Source: an uncultured Faecalimonas sp. (GTDB lineage: Bacteria; Bacillota; Clostridia; Lachnospirales; Lachnospiraceae). Taken from it: a DNA stretch of 64,000 nt. Where the stretch lies: positions 4,368-68,367 of the forward strand of contig CAYVDA010000001.1 in assembly GCA_964450635.1 (NCBI GenBank), in the 5' to 3' direction. The notes beneath the pieces were generated by a model. The model saw only the letters and a list, made by a program, of their open reading frames with translations, was not told where the DNA came from and did not search any database. The position numbers and the translations under genes are program-made. This document shows positions 22,138 to 32,872 of the stretch, piece after piece; position 1 is the stretch's first letter, and every line of letters starts with the position of its first letter.

Positions 22138-22491
22138 CTAAAATAACCCCCTACAAAATAGACTGATAAATCCCAAGGTCATAACTCCACAAGCGACCAT
22201 TCCGATCTTGCAGGTAAGATAGGATTTATTTCTCTCTTTCAAGCCTCGATGGCCCATATAGAATCCGGTTCCTGCCAGGACCAGTGCTACCAGTCCCAAT
22301 CCGCCTATGTAGGTGGCCGCCGTTCCCCGTTGCCGATATGCCACACCCAGCAAAAGGGCAAGCAAAACGAAGGAAATCCCGGCGCAAATGCAGGAAATAA
22401 TCCCGCGTTTTGCCGGCTTAAGCTGTGCCTGTTTTAATTTCTTTCGTCTACGTTTTCGTCTCTCCTGCTCTCGTTTATCTTCTCTTATCAT
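22138..22491 (-). CDS. Small membrane protein (DUF6142-like)
   Basis: Basic N-terminus and three hydrophobic segments; lies between vanZ and the aminopeptidase gene. Confidence 0.6.
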   Translation of the reverse strand: MIREDKREQERRKRRRKKLKQAQLKPAKRGIISCICAGISFVLLALLLGVAYRQRGTAATYIGGLGLVALVLAGTGFYMGHRGLKERNKSYLTCKIGMVACGVMTLGFISLFCRGLF

Positions 22492-22936
22492 GTCGTCTCC
22501 TCAATAATCCGCATATTCCATATACTAAGAATCCGGCCATGGCTCCTAATGTATTAAGAAACATATCGTCCACATCAAAACTTCCCAACCGGGTAAGGAG
22601 CTGTACTACTTCAATGGAAAAACTCCATAGCAACCCGTAGAAACTCACACGTAAGAAACTCGGATGGCAACTCCCCATAGCCATAAAGAATCCAAATGGC
22701 ATAAAAATCAAAACATTTCCTGCCAGATTCATGAACACAGACAGCATACCTATCTGCTGCCGGTAGATCCAGAATCGTTTAATCTCCTGAAAGAATACCA
22801 GATTGTAATGATAGTCTTCTAATTTTCCTGCACGTCCATACCAATCGGAGAACATGAGGAAATAAATCAGAAATAGCATATAGCATACGAATAGGATTTT
22901 CCCTACTCCGTGAAACACTTTTTTTCGATATTTCAT
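22475..22936 (-). CDS. VanZ family membrane protein
   Basis: NLAGNVLIFMPFG, IEVVQL and GSFDVDDMFLNTLG motifs. Confidence 0.85.
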   Translation of the reverse strand: MKYRKKVFHGVGKILFVCYMLFLIYFLMFSDWYGRAGKLEDYHYNLVFFQEIKRFWIYRQQIGMLSVFMNLAGNVLIFMPFGFFMAMGSCHPSFLRVSFYGLLWSFSIEVVQLLTRLGSFDVDDMFLNTLGAMAGFLVYGICGLLRRRHDKRR

Positions 22937-22941
22937 AAAAC

Positions 22942-23622
22942 CTATCTCACACCATATTTTTCATAGTATGCGTCAATTGCTGCTTTTAATGTATCGTCAA
23001 TTAAGACCTTTCCGTCACATTCTTTGTTATACAGGTAGGATACCACTTCCTCCATAGAAACAATGGCATTTGCCGCAAATCCATAGCGCTCCTGAATCTC
23101 GTCTAGCGCACTTCCTTTGCCACCCTGACCAACTTCCATACGATTTAGGGAAACCATCAATCCTACAATCTCTACATCCGCTGCGCCTTTTACCTTCGGT
23201 ACCGTCTCTTCCATTGATTTTCCGGAGGTGGTAACATCCTCGATCATAATTACCCGGTCTCCGTCTTTTAAGCTGCTTCCCAAGAAACTTCCCTTGTCTG
23301 CGCCGTGATCTTTCTCTTCTTTACGGTCGGAGCAGTAACGTACTTCCTTGCCATACAAGGTGCTATAAGCGATTGCAGTTACAACACTGATCGGAATTCC
23401 TTTGTATGCCGGTCCGAATAATACATCAAAATCATCCCCATAGGTGTCATGGATGGCTTTTGCATAATATTCTCCAAGGCGACGAAGCTGAGAGCCTGTC
23501 ACATAGGCACCTGCATTCATAAAGAACGGAGATTTCCGTCCGCTTTTTAAGGTGAATTCGCCAAATTTCAACACCTTACTTTCTACCATAAAATCAATAA
23601 ATTCCTGCTTATATTGTTCCAT
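22942..23622 (-). CDS. pyrE: Orotate phosphoribosyltransferase
   Basis: FGEFTLKSGRKSP, FGPAYKGIP and IEDVTTSG motifs. Confidence 0.96.
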   Translation of the reverse strand: MEQYKQEFIDFMVESKVLKFGEFTLKSGRKSPFFMNAGAYVTGSQLRRLGEYYAKAIHDTYGDDFDVLFGPAYKGIPISVVTAIAYSTLYGKEVRYCSDRKEEKDHGADKGSFLGSSLKDGDRVIMIEDVTTSGKSMEETVPKVKGAADVEIVGLMVSLNRMEVGQGGKGSALDEIQERYGFAANAIVSMEEVVSYLYNKECDGKVLIDDTLKAAIDAYYEKYGVR

Positions 23623-23674
23623 GTCTCTTACCCTCCTGTTATAAACATTTTATCCTTTTTTATTCTATCGTCTT

Positions 23675-24577
23675 TTATTTTACCAAGCCTACCATCTCAC
23701 TGACAGTAGCAAATCCATGCTGTTTCATATAAGCTTCTATGCCATCTACCACTTCCATAGTCACTGCCGGGTTGTGGAAATTCGCAGTTCCCACAGAAAC
23801 AGCGCTGGCACCTGCCAGAATCATCTCAATGGCATCTTCTGCGCTGCTGATTCCACCCATTCCGATAATCGGAACCTTGACAGCCTGTGCCGCCTGATAA
23901 ACCATGCGCACGGCAATCGGATGAATGGCCGGTCCTGACACGCCGCCGGTCTTATTGGCAAGTACAAATTGCTTGCGATGAATATCAATCTTCATACCCG
24001 TCAAGGTATTGATCAGAGATATGGCATCCGCGCCGCCGGCTTCTACCGCTTTTGCCATCTCGCTAATATCCGTTACATTCGGACTTAATTTCATAATGAC
24101 AGGCTGTTTGGCATATTTCTTCACAGCCTCGGTGATCTCCATGGCCGCTTTTGGATTCTGTCCAAAGGCGATGCCTCCTTCTTTGACATTTGGACAGGAA
24201 ATATTGATTTCCAACATATCCACGTCCTCATCCGCCAGTCTCTCTACCACACTGCAATAATCTTCCATCGATTTTCCGCAGACATTGACAATGATCTTGG
24301 TGTCATACTGGCGTAAAAATGGGATGTCTCGCTCACAGAACAAATCGATCCCCGGGTTCTGCAAGCCGACTGCATTCATCATGCCTCCATAGGTCTCTGC
24401 CACACGCGGGGTCGGGTTCCCCGGCCACGGTATATTGGCTACCCCTTTGGTTGTTACGGCACCCAAACGATTCAAATCTACAAAATCTGCAAATTCCGCT
24501 CCGGATCCAAAGGTTCCGGAAGCGACTGTTACCGGATTCTTCCACTCAACACCTGCGATCTTTACACTCATATCCAT
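23675..24577 (-). CDS. pyrD: Dihydroorotate dehydrogenase B, catalytic subunit
   Basis: ASGTFG, NAVGLQNPG, EINISCPN and KLSPN motifs. Start overlaps the pyrK stop (TAATG). Confidence 0.96.
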   Translation of the reverse strand: MDMSVKIAGVEWKNPVTVASGTFGSGAEFADFVDLNRLGAVTTKGVANIPWPGNPTPRVAETYGGMMNAVGLQNPGIDLFCERDIPFLRQYDTKIIVNVCGKSMEDYCSVVERLADEDVDMLEINISCPNVKEGGIAFGQNPKAAMEITEAVKKYAKQPVIMKLSPNVTDISEMAKAVEAGGADAISLINTLTGMKIDIHRKQFVLANKTGGVSGPAIHPIAVRMVYQAAQAVKVPIIGMGGISSAEDAIEMILAGASAVSVGTANFHNPAVTMEVVDGIEAYMKQHGFATVSEMVGLVK

Positions 24578-25359
24578 TACAGCTCCACCTCCGTTGAAAG
24601 AAATACCGGACCATCCTTGCAAATACGTTTGTTATGTACATTGGTATGATGGTCTTTGTCTTTGCTCTTACAGGTGCATGCCAGGCAAGCACCAATTCCG
24701 CATGCCATTCGCTCTTCTAAGGAAAGATAGCATTCAATCTGATGTTCCTCAGCATAGGCCTTGATCGCCCGCAGCATCGGAGTCGGTCCGCAAGCGTAGA
24801 TAATCTCCGCATCTAAGCCTTTCTCTCGGATGGCATCCATGACATTTCCTTTGGTTCCTACACTTCCATCTTCTGTGGAAATGTAGAGACTTCCGTTCTG
24901 CTCAAATTCTTCTTTCAGGAAGGTCTGGGCATTGCGATATCCTACCACAATCTGTTTCTCTCCCTGAAGCTCTTTTGCCAACTGAAGGATTGGTGGAACA
25001 CCGATTCCCCCACCCATAAGGAACGCTTTCTTTCCTGCCCCTTTTTCCAGCGGGAATCCATTTCCCAAAGGTCCGATGATGGCAATCGTATCCCCTGCCT
25101 GTTTTTGAGAAAATTCTTTCGTTCCGGTCTTTTCTCCAGTCACCCGGTAGACAACCCGAAGACGACTCTGCTCCCGGTCAATCTCACAGATACTAATCGG
25201 TCGCGGGAGAAGTTTGGATGAATCATCTGTATACATGGAGATAAACTGTCCCGGTCTCGCTGTCTGTGCCGCTTCTGTCTGAAGCCACATACTATAGATA
25301 CTGTCCCCAATCTCTTCCTGGGAACAGATCACTGCCATTTCTTTTCTCTTGTCTGCCAT
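24577..25359 (-). CDS. pyrK: Dihydroorotate dehydrogenase electron transfer subunit
   Basis: RPISI, GPLGNGF, GGGIGVPP, ACGP and MACGIGACLAC motifs. Confidence 0.95.
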   Translation of the reverse strand: MADKRKEMAVICSQEEIGDSIYSMWLQTEAAQTARPGQFISMYTDDSSKLLPRPISICEIDREQSRLRVVYRVTGEKTGTKEFSQKQAGDTIAIIGPLGNGFPLEKGAGKKAFLMGGGIGVPPILQLAKELQGEKQIVVGYRNAQTFLKEEFEQNGSLYISTEDGSVGTKGNVMDAIREKGLDAEIIYACGPTPMLRAIKAYAEEHQIECYLSLEERMACGIGACLACTCKSKDKDHHTNVHNKRICKDGPVFLSTEVEL

Positions 25360-25372
25360 AGTCTTCTTCTCC

Positions 25373-26299
25373 TTATCGGTTCTCCAATGCACTGCCAATA
25401 TCTGCAATCATATCTTCCACTGCTGCACGGGATGCTTCCCCGAAATTCTCTGCACCAAAGTTCGCATATTTTTCCTGTTTGTATGCTGCGATGATACCGC
25501 GAGAAGAATTCACAATGGCGCCCAGTCCGTCTTCATTGAAGAAATGTACCAGGTCTTTGCCTTTTCCACCCTGTGCACCGTATCCCGGAACCAGAATGTA
25601 TGCTTTTGGCATAATCTTACGAAGCACTTTTCCCATCTCCGGATAGGTTGCTCCTACTACAGCACCTACATAGCTATAGTCATCTCCCATGTGCTCTTCG
25701 CCCCACTGTGCTACTTTTTCTCCAACCAATTCGTAAAGTGGTCTGCCATCGATCAGGCGATCCTGGAATTCCCCACTCGATGGGTTGGATGTCTTAACAA
25801 GGATGAACATTCCTTTTTTCTCTTCCTTACATACATCGATAAATGGATTCACACCATCGGAACCCAAGTACGGATTGACCGTCACGAAATCTTCGTCAAA
25901 TGGTACATAGCTCTTGCTTCCAACCTGTACCCGTCCCACATGTCCTGCTGCATAAGCGGCTGATGTAGAACCGATGTCTCCACGTTTGATATCTCCAATG
26001 ACAACCAGACCTTTTTCTTTACAATAATCAACGGTCTTTTTAAATGCTGCAAGTCCCGGGATTCCAAACTGTTCATACATGGCAATCTGTGGTTTGACTG
26101 CCGGAATTAAATCATAGGTCTTATCTACAATCTCTTTGTTAAACTGCCAGATTGCTTCCGCAGCTCCTTCTAAAGTCTCTCCATATTCCGCAAATGCTGC
26201 CTTCTGCACCTGCTGGGGAATATAGGAAAGCATCGGGTCTAATCCTACTACGATCGGTGCCTTTGTTCTCTGAATATTTGCTACTAATTTGTTAATCAT
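25373..26299 (-). CDS. pyrF: Orotidine-5'-phosphate decarboxylase
   Basis: VGLDP, DIKRGDIGST, KTSNP and LVPGYGAQG motifs. Confidence 0.95.
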   Translation of the reverse strand: MINKLVANIQRTKAPIVVGLDPMLSYIPQQVQKAAFAEYGETLEGAAEAIWQFNKEIVDKTYDLIPAVKPQIAMYEQFGIPGLAAFKKTVDYCKEKGLVVIGDIKRGDIGSTSAAYAAGHVGRVQVGSKSYVPFDEDFVTVNPYLGSDGVNPFIDVCKEEKKGMFILVKTSNPSSGEFQDRLIDGRPLYELVGEKVAQWGEEHMGDDYSYVGAVVGATYPEMGKVLRKIMPKAYILVPGYGAQGGKGKDLVHFFNEDGLGAIVNSSRGIIAAYKQEKYANFGAENFGEASRAAVEDMIADIGSALENR

Positions 26300-26320
26300 C
26301 TCTTGTTCCTCCTCATGGAT

Positions 26321-27598
26321 TTATTTTTTGTATACAATTTTTCCATCTACGAATGTGTAACGTACCTCCCCTTTGACCGGATAACCGTCAAATGGAGTAT
26401 TCTTTCCTTTGGACAGGAAGGTATTCTTATCTATCCGATAGGATGCCTTCGGATCAAATACCACCAGGTCTGCAATCTTCCCTTCTGCCACTGCACCTTT
26501 ATCAGTGAATCCTAAAATCTGTGCCGGATGATAGCTGGTCTTTTCTGCCATCTGCATCGGTGTCAAAATCCCCGGTTCTACCAGAGCCGTATAGGTCAGA
26601 CAAGCCATAGTCTCTAATCCCACGATTCCAAATGCTGCCTCTTTCATGGAAGTGTTCTTCTCCTGCTCTCCATGAGGAGCATGGTCTGTGGCAATCACAT
26701 TCATGATATCCTCTGCAAGTCCGCGTCTTAAGGCTTCTACATCTTCCGGGCTTCGAAGTGGTGGATTCATCTTCCAATTTCCATGATCTTCTGTAATATC
26801 TTCTTCGGAATAGATAAAATGATGTGGGCACACCTCAGCAGTTACCTTCAACCCTGCCGCCTTGGCCTGTCGCACCATCTCCACGCTATGACTGGTAGAG
26901 CAATGACACAGGTGTAAGTGAACCCCGGTCTCCTCAGCAAGAAGAATGTCCCTGGCAGTAATCACATCTTCTACCGAATTGGTGATTCCGGAAAGTCCCA
27001 GTTCTTCAGCCTTCTTGCCGGCATTCATCACGCCGCCTTCCACCATATTGATGTCTTCGCAGTGTGCAAAGACTGCCATTCCCTGTTCCTTAGCCAGCTT
27101 CATACCTTTCCGATACAAGGCTGCATTCATCACTGATTTTCCATCCTCACTGATGGCCAGAGAGCCAGCTTGTGCCATCTTTTCGATCTCTGCCAGTTCC
27201 ACTCCTGCTTGTCCTTTGGTCACGGCACCAATCTGAATCACATGCACCGGACTCTCGATCTGACTCCGTCTATGAACCTCTGCTACTTTCTCCCCGGTAT
27301 CAATCACCGGCTTGGTATTCGGCATGGCGCATACCGTCGTTACGCCGCCTCTTGCTGCCGCTCTTCCTCCGGTCTCAAGGGTCTCTTTATATTCCAGTCC
27401 CGGGTCACGCAAATGCACATGCAAATCGATAAATCCCGGCATTACATAACAACCGGTGGCATCAATCATCTCATCAGCAGGTTCCGTAATCTTCTCCCCT
27501 ATCTGCACAATTCGGTCGTCTTCTATTAGTACATCCCATACGCCTTCTCTCTTACTCTCCGGATCCAGCACATAGCCATTTTGAATTAAAATCCGCAT
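26321..27598 (-). CDS. pyrC: Dihydroorotase
   Basis: PGFIDLHVHLRDPG, MPNT, KMNPPLR and ATDHAPH motifs. Confidence 0.96.
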   Translation of the reverse strand: MRILIQNGYVLDPESKREGVWDVLIEDDRIVQIGEKITEPADEMIDATGCYVMPGFIDLHVHLRDPGLEYKETLETGGRAAARGGVTTVCAMPNTKPVIDTGEKVAEVHRRSQIESPVHVIQIGAVTKGQAGVELAEIEKMAQAGSLAISEDGKSVMNAALYRKGMKLAKEQGMAVFAHCEDINMVEGGVMNAGKKAEELGLSGITNSVEDVITARDILLAEETGVHLHLCHCSTSHSVEMVRQAKAAGLKVTAEVCPHHFIYSEEDITEDHGNWKMNPPLRSPEDVEALRRGLAEDIMNVIATDHAPHGEQEKNTSMKEAAFGIVGLETMACLTYTALVEPGILTPMQMAEKTSYHPAQILGFTDKGAVAEGKIADLVVFDPKASYRIDKNTFLSKGKNTPFDGYPVKGEVRYTFVDGKIVYKK

Positions 27599-27646
27599 CC
27601 TTCTTATTCCTTTCTTTGCATTATCTCTATTCTACCACATTCACGC

Positions 27647-27675
27647 AAAAAAGGAATGCAAAAAGCATCCCTTTC
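27647..27675 (-). terminator. Terminator after the S41 peptidase gene
   Basis: AAAGGGATGC TTTTT GCATTCCTTT hairpin with T-tract on the minus strand. Confidence 0.65.
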
Positions 27676-27682
27676 TTGAATT

Positions 27683-28867
27683 TTATTTGATTTTTTCTCT
27701 CACTACTTCCAAGGCTTTCTCCAGTTGGTTATCTTCTCCGCCTTTTCCAGGTTCATAAGCAACCTCCACATCCGGCGAAACTCCTTTTTTGTGGATGGAG
27801 CGTCCCTTTGGTGTGAAATATTCTGAAATGGTTAATTTCACACAGGTCTTATTCGGCAGTTCAAAAAGTTGCTGTACAATTCCTTTTCCATAGGTGGTGG
27901 TCCCTACGATGGTGCCAACCCCATAATCCTGCATCGCCCCTGCGAAAATCTCGGAAGCACTGGCGCTGTTTCCATCCACCAAAACCACTGCCGGCTCTTT
28001 TAGTTGATGTTCTGCATCTGAAGAAATTATATCTTCTTTGCCATTCTTATTCTTCGTAGAAACAATGGTTCCTTCCGGAAGCAACAGATCTAAAATCTTA
28101 CATACCGCATCGAGGCTTCCTCCCGGATTGCTCCGAAGGTCGAAAACATAGCCTTTTGCTCCCTTCTTCTGAAGTGCAGCCAAGGCTTTCTTAAATTGTT
28201 CGTAGGTCACCTTATCAAATTGGGAAATCTGGATATATCCAATCTTGCCCGCTTCCATCTTAGAAGCGACAGTCTGTACTTCCACTGTATCCCGTGTCAC
28301 AGTTGCGGTAATCTCTTCGTCTACCCCTTCCCGGACAACGGTAATATCTACTTTGGTTCCTTTTTCTCCCCGCATCTTTGCAACTACGGGATCCAAATCC
28401 TGACTGGTAATATCTTCTCCGTCCACTTTATAAAGTACATCCCCGTCCCGGAAACCTGCTTTTGCGGCCGGCGAACCTTCATATACCGTCACAAAGGTTA
28501 TCAGCTTGGTCTCTGCATTCTGGCTGACCAAAACACCAATTCCGCTAAATTCTCCTTCCAAAGAACTTAATAATTCTTTGGTCTCCTCTGCATTGTAATA
28601 AACAGAATACGGATCTCCCAATCCTTCAATATATCCTTTTAAAATGCCATCTTGTAAGGCTTCCTGATCCACCTCATCCTCATAGAGGTACTGGGATTCA
28701 ATCAATTGCTGGAGAGATTCTAATTTCTTCGACACTTTGGTATCGATAACCGGATCTCCTCCACTCGGTGCGGCAGACTCACAACCGCCAAGCCATACAA
28801 CGCCTGTTACAGCCACTGTCATTACCACACCACATAGGATGCCTTTTATAAATCCACGTTGTTTCAT
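27683..28867 (-). CDS. ctpA: S41 carboxyl-terminal processing protease with PDZ domain
   Basis: DPYS, GIG PDZ loop, DLRSNPGG, SASASEI and TYGKG motifs. Confidence 0.92.
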   Translation of the reverse strand: MKQRGFIKGILCGVVMTVAVTGVVWLGGCESAAPSGGDPVIDTKVSKKLESLQQLIESQYLYEDEVDQEALQDGILKGYIEGLGDPYSVYYNAEETKELLSSLEGEFSGIGVLVSQNAETKLITFVTVYEGSPAAKAGFRDGDVLYKVDGEDITSQDLDPVVAKMRGEKGTKVDITVVREGVDEEITATVTRDTVEVQTVASKMEAGKIGYIQISQFDKVTYEQFKKALAALQKKGAKGYVFDLRSNPGGSLDAVCKILDLLLPEGTIVSTKNKNGKEDIISSDAEHQLKEPAVVLVDGNSASASEIFAGAMQDYGVGTIVGTTTYGKGIVQQLFELPNKTCVKLTISEYFTPKGRSIHKKGVSPDVEVAYEPGKGGEDNQLEKALEVVREKIK

Positions 28868-28939
28868 CTGTTACTATCCTTTATGTCTAAAATTCCTGAA
28901 TATCTATTCGTGCAAGCACGATGCCATTGCTGGGTTTTG

Positions 28940-30061
28940 CTATAGGTACTTATCTGGGTTTACTGCTACCCCATATTCTTCTACTTGGAAATGTAAATGA
29001 TTTCCGGTAGATTGACCGGTGGTTCCAACTCCACCAATCTGCTGCCCTTTCACCACTTTCTGTCCGGCGGACACCAATGGGTGAGCATACATATGCATAT
29101 ATTTTGTCGTCAGGCCATTGCCATGGTCAATAACAACCCAGTTGCCGGCAGAACTACTATAACCGGCAATGATTACGGTGCCGGCTGCTGCCGCATAGAT
29201 CGGCGTTCCTTTGGCCGCTGCATAATCGTGACCTTTGTGAGGTCTGGTATCTCCGATTCCCTGACGTACTTCGCCAAAATAGCTGGACTGATAACTCATT
29301 CCCGGACAAGGATGCGTAAATTGTCCATTGCCACTTACCACCGGTTTGGTCGGCATGGTCACCGTTCCTGTAGTGGTATTATTTTTCTTAGAAGCCGCAG
29401 CTTCCTGGCGTTTTCGCTCTGCCTCTTTGGCATCTGCAATCAAAGTATTCAGATCACTGATTTTCGAAGAAATATTGGCAAGCTGCGTGGATTTTTCTGA
29501 TAACAGGGTCTCCACTTTCTTCTGCTTCTCCGAAATCTGTGCCTGCAATTTCCCTAATTTTTCATAATCTTTCTGTAATTGTTGCTCCTTGGCTTCTACT
29601 TGTTCCACCGTATCTTTATAATTATGCAAAAGATTGGTATCATATTCTGAAACCATGGATACATATTCTGCCTTACTAATAAAATCCGCCATATCCTCTG
29701 CGCTAAGCAATACTTCCACCATGGAAACATTTCCATTTTCATAGAGATATCGAATCCGTTTCTCCATACGGGTTGCCTGCTCCCGCTCAGTCAATTTGGC
29801 TGCAATCAGCATCTCTTCCGTCTTCGCAATATCATTCTCTTTGAGAACCAAGGCTTCCTTGGTGGCACGCATCTCTGTCACCAAGCCTTCTAATGTTGCC
29901 TGTAAATCCTTCACATCCTGTTTGGCTGCCTGTTGCTGCTGCTCTAACTCCTGCTTCTTCTTCTCATTGGTCTTTAGATCAGACGCCTGCACCGGAAGCA
30001 TCATGCACATCGCCATGCCAAGCGCAAGGATTCTCTTGCCGATTCTTCTCCCCTGTATCAT
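28940..30061 (-). CDS. Coiled-coil / M23 peptidase murein hydrolase (FtsEX-associated, EnvC-like)
   Basis: Signal peptide, long coiled coil, HKGHD and HLHF M23 zinc motifs; directly downstream of ftsX. Confidence 0.88.
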   Translation of the reverse strand: MIQGRRIGKRILALGMAMCMMLPVQASDLKTNEKKKQELEQQQQAAKQDVKDLQATLEGLVTEMRATKEALVLKENDIAKTEEMLIAAKLTEREQATRMEKRIRYLYENGNVSMVEVLLSAEDMADFISKAEYVSMVSEYDTNLLHNYKDTVEQVEAKEQQLQKDYEKLGKLQAQISEKQKKVETLLSEKSTQLANISSKISDLNTLIADAKEAERKRQEAAASKKNNTTTGTVTMPTKPVVSGNGQFTHPCPGMSYQSSYFGEVRQGIGDTRPHKGHDYAAAKGTPIYAAAAGTVIIAGYSSSAGNWVVIDHGNGLTTKYMHMYAHPLVSAGQKVVKGQQIGGVGTTGQSTGNHLHFQVEEYGVAVNPDKYL

Positions 30062-30069
30062 GCAATCAC

Positions 30070-30975
30070 CTATACTTTCAAATGTTTTCGGATGGTCAGG
30101 AAGCTTCCCAAGAATCCGATTCCAATTCCCAACAAGAGAGCAATTGGAAGAAGGGTTCTATACACTTGTCCCACACTCAAGAAATCCAAAATGGAATTCA
30201 AGATTGAGAACCGGTGTAATACATAAGCTGTGGCTTTCTGATATGCAAAGAACAACAATACCAGCGGAATCGCTGCACCAATGGTTCCAATCAGAACACC
30301 TTCAATGATAAATGGTGCTTTGACAAAGGTATCTTTTGCACCAATGTATTTCATAATGGCAATCTCTTCCCGACGGATGGTAATACCCATGGAAACCGTA
30401 TTACTGATCAAGAAGACTGCTACGACTAACAGAATCAAGATAATCGCACCGGAGCCATATGCTAATAATACATTAAAATTGGTCAGTGCATTGGCTACCA
30501 CATCGGATTTGTTAACCTGCCGAACCCCTTCTAATCCTTCCGCAAATGTTACCAGATCCTTCTGAGACTCTACGGATTTCATGTAGACTTCATAGTTATC
30601 GGATTTGCCAAGCGGGTTCTCGTCAAATCCTGCAGCCGCATCTGTATTCTCGCCAAAATATTCTTTCTGGAACTGCTCCCAGGCTTCTTCAGCGGAAACA
30701 TATTTCACTTCCAACACATCCGAACGGCCTTCCAGAGCAATCTTAATATTCTGCTTCTGCATCTCCGTTGCCTCGTCCTCAAAGAATACAACAATGGCAA
30801 CGCCTTCTTCTGCTTTTTCTACAATATACTGAAAATTGATGATAATGGAATAGAATATCCCAAATAAGAAAATACATGCAGCCATGGTCGCAATCGATGC
30901 AATGGAAAACATCTTATTTCTTCGGATATTCTTCAAACCCTGTTTTATTGAATATACTAATGTACTTAATCTCAT
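30070..30975 (-). CDS. ftsX: Cell division permease FtsX
   Basis: Four-TM topology; ISNT...RREEIAIMKYIGA..F..PF..EG motif. Confidence 0.93.
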   Translation of the reverse strand: MRLSTLVYSIKQGLKNIRRNKMFSIASIATMAACIFLFGIFYSIIINFQYIVEKAEEGVAIVVFFEDEATEMQKQNIKIALEGRSDVLEVKYVSAEEAWEQFQKEYFGENTDAAAGFDENPLGKSDNYEVYMKSVESQKDLVTFAEGLEGVRQVNKSDVVANALTNFNVLLAYGSGAIILILLVVAVFLISNTVSMGITIRREEIAIMKYIGAKDTFVKAPFIIEGVLIGTIGAAIPLVLLFFAYQKATAYVLHRFSILNSILDFLSVGQVYRTLLPIALLLGIGIGFLGSFLTIRKHLKV

Positions 30976-31647
30976 TTACTCGCCCACCTTTTCGTCACTT
31001 ACAATACACCCTTTGCTCATGGTAATCACACGCTTCTTCATAGAATTGACAATCTCATGGTTATGGGTAACAACTACGACAGTCGTTCCACGCTCATTGG
31101 CTTCTTCCAACAATTTCATGATCTCCCATGAGTTCGCCGGATCCAGATTACCGGTCGGCTCATCTGCAAGCAGAATGGATGGTTCGTTAATAATAGCTCT
31201 GGCGATGGCTACACGCTGTTGCTCACCACCGGAGAGTTCCTTTGGATAGGATTTGTATTTCTGTGCCAAACCTACCAAAGACAAGGCTGCCGGCACTTTC
31301 GCTTTGATAATACGTGTCGGTGCCTCAATAACACGCAGGGCAAAAGCAATATTCTCATAGACATTCCGGTCTTTTAACAGACGGAAATCCTGGAATACAA
31401 CTCCGATCTTTCTTCTGTAAAATGGTATCCGCTTATGTGACATCTTATTCAAATCCTTACCCATTACTGTAATGGTGCCGGATGTCGGTGTTAACTCTTT
31501 TAGCAGAAGGCGGATCAAGGTAGATTTACCTGAGCCACTGTCACCAACGATAAATACGAATTCACCCTGTTTAATCTTCAAACTAACCCCGTTCAGAGCC
31601 GCAATCCCCTTTGCGTACTCTTTCGTTACTTCTTTTAATTCAATCAT
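30976..31647 (-). CDS. ftsE: Cell division ATP-binding protein FtsE
   Basis: GDSGSGKST, VFQDFRLL, LSGGEQQRV and ADEPTGNLD motifs. Confidence 0.95.
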   Translation of the reverse strand: MIELKEVTKEYAKGIAALNGVSLKIKQGEFVFIVGDSGSGKSTLIRLLLKELTPTSGTITVMGKDLNKMSHKRIPFYRRKIGVVFQDFRLLKDRNVYENIAFALRVIEAPTRIIKAKVPAALSLVGLAQKYKSYPKELSGGEQQRVAIARAIINEPSILLADEPTGNLDPANSWEIMKLLEEANERGTTVVVVTHNHEIVNSMKKRVITMSKGCIVSDEKVGE

Positions 31648-31667
31648 ATACTCCTCCTGGTATGTTC

Positions 31668-32756
31668 TTAAAACTCTACGCTTTCCATGTATTTCATGTA
31701 TTTGACAACCATCAATGCAATCTTGAAGGTAATGGCATCTTCGAAGACCCGAAGATCCAGTCCCGTGCTCTTTTGAATCTTATCCAGTCGGTATACCAAG
31801 GTATTACGGTGGATAAACAGCTGGCGGGAGGTCTCAGACACATTCAGACTGTTCTCGAAGAATTTATTAATGGTCGTTAAGGTCTCATTGTCGAAGTCAT
31901 CCGGCGATTTCTTCTCGAATACTTCCCGGATAAACATCTTGCAAAGAGGTACCGGAAGTTGATAAATAAGCCGTCCGATTCCCAGCGTATTATAAGCTAC
32001 CACATTCTTCTCATCGAAGAAAATCTTTCCTACATCCAAAGCCAGTTTCGACTCTTTGTAGGAGCGGGATACTTCCTTAATATCTTCTACAATGGTTCCA
32101 TATGCAATATGTACTTCTCTTGTAATCTCTCCGGCCATGTTCTCTAACAAGTTCTGGGCAAACTGCTCCAGCTCCGGATATCCTTCTCCCTCGGTCAATT
32201 CCTTGACTACGATAATATGTTTCTCATCTACAGCCGTGGCAAAATCCCGTTCCTTATCCGGAAGCAATCCGCTGACATATTCCAGCAAATGCATATCCTT
32301 ATTCTCGCCCATCTCCAAAATATAGACAACCCGTCTTGCATTTGCCTCAATATGAAGCTTCTTCGCCCGTGTATAAATGTCAACCAGCAGCAGATTGTCA
32401 AGAAGGAGGCTCTTCATAAAATTATCTTTATCAAAGCGCTCTCGATATGCTACAAGAAGTCCCTGTAACTGAAAAGCTGCCATCTTTCCTATCATATAAG
32501 CGTCATCGCCGCTTCCTTGCACAACCAGAATGTATTCCATCTGAAATTCCGCAAAAATCTTAAAGAAATGACAATTGTGTACGGTCTGGCTGTCCGCCGG
32601 CGAGTTCACAAACACCTGTACAGATGTGCTATAATCTGCATCTGTCTGGGATGTCGACACCAAAACTTTACCTTCGGTATCCATCACGCAAAATTCCGCC
32701 TTCGTGATTGCTTTCAAACCGTCAATTGTGTTCTGAAGTATCTGATTCGATATCAT
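31668..32756 (-). CDS. PucR/CdaR family transcriptional regulator
   Basis: C-terminal HTH LNVSETSRQLFIHRNTLVYRLDKI; start after GGAGG. Confidence 0.88.
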   Translation of the reverse strand: MISNQILQNTIDGLKAITKAEFCVMDTEGKVLVSTSQTDADYSTSVQVFVNSPADSQTVHNCHFFKIFAEFQMEYILVVQGSGDDAYMIGKMAAFQLQGLLVAYRERFDKDNFMKSLLLDNLLLVDIYTRAKKLHIEANARRVVYILEMGENKDMHLLEYVSGLLPDKERDFATAVDEKHIIVVKELTEGEGYPELEQFAQNLLENMAGEITREVHIAYGTIVEDIKEVSRSYKESKLALDVGKIFFDEKNVVAYNTLGIGRLIYQLPVPLCKMFIREVFEKKSPDDFDNETLTTINKFFENSLNVSETSRQLFIHRNTLVYRLDKIQKSTGLDLRVFEDAITFKIALMVVKYMKYMESVEF

Positions 32757-32872
32757 ATGCATTCCTCCATCATTCACTACATAAACCGCATACATACGGA
32801 TTCATTTTAATACAAAATAGCACAAAAAAAAAGAGGAAATCGCAATTTTTTATGTATTTCCTCTCATTTTTC

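Noticed and set aside
25349-25963. 204-aa plus-strand ORF
   Set aside because: Antisense to pyrF, with no protein-like features.
27599-27682. PyrR attenuator upstream of pyrC
   Set aside because: No PyrR-binding loop consensus; the single hairpin is explained as the S41 gene terminator.
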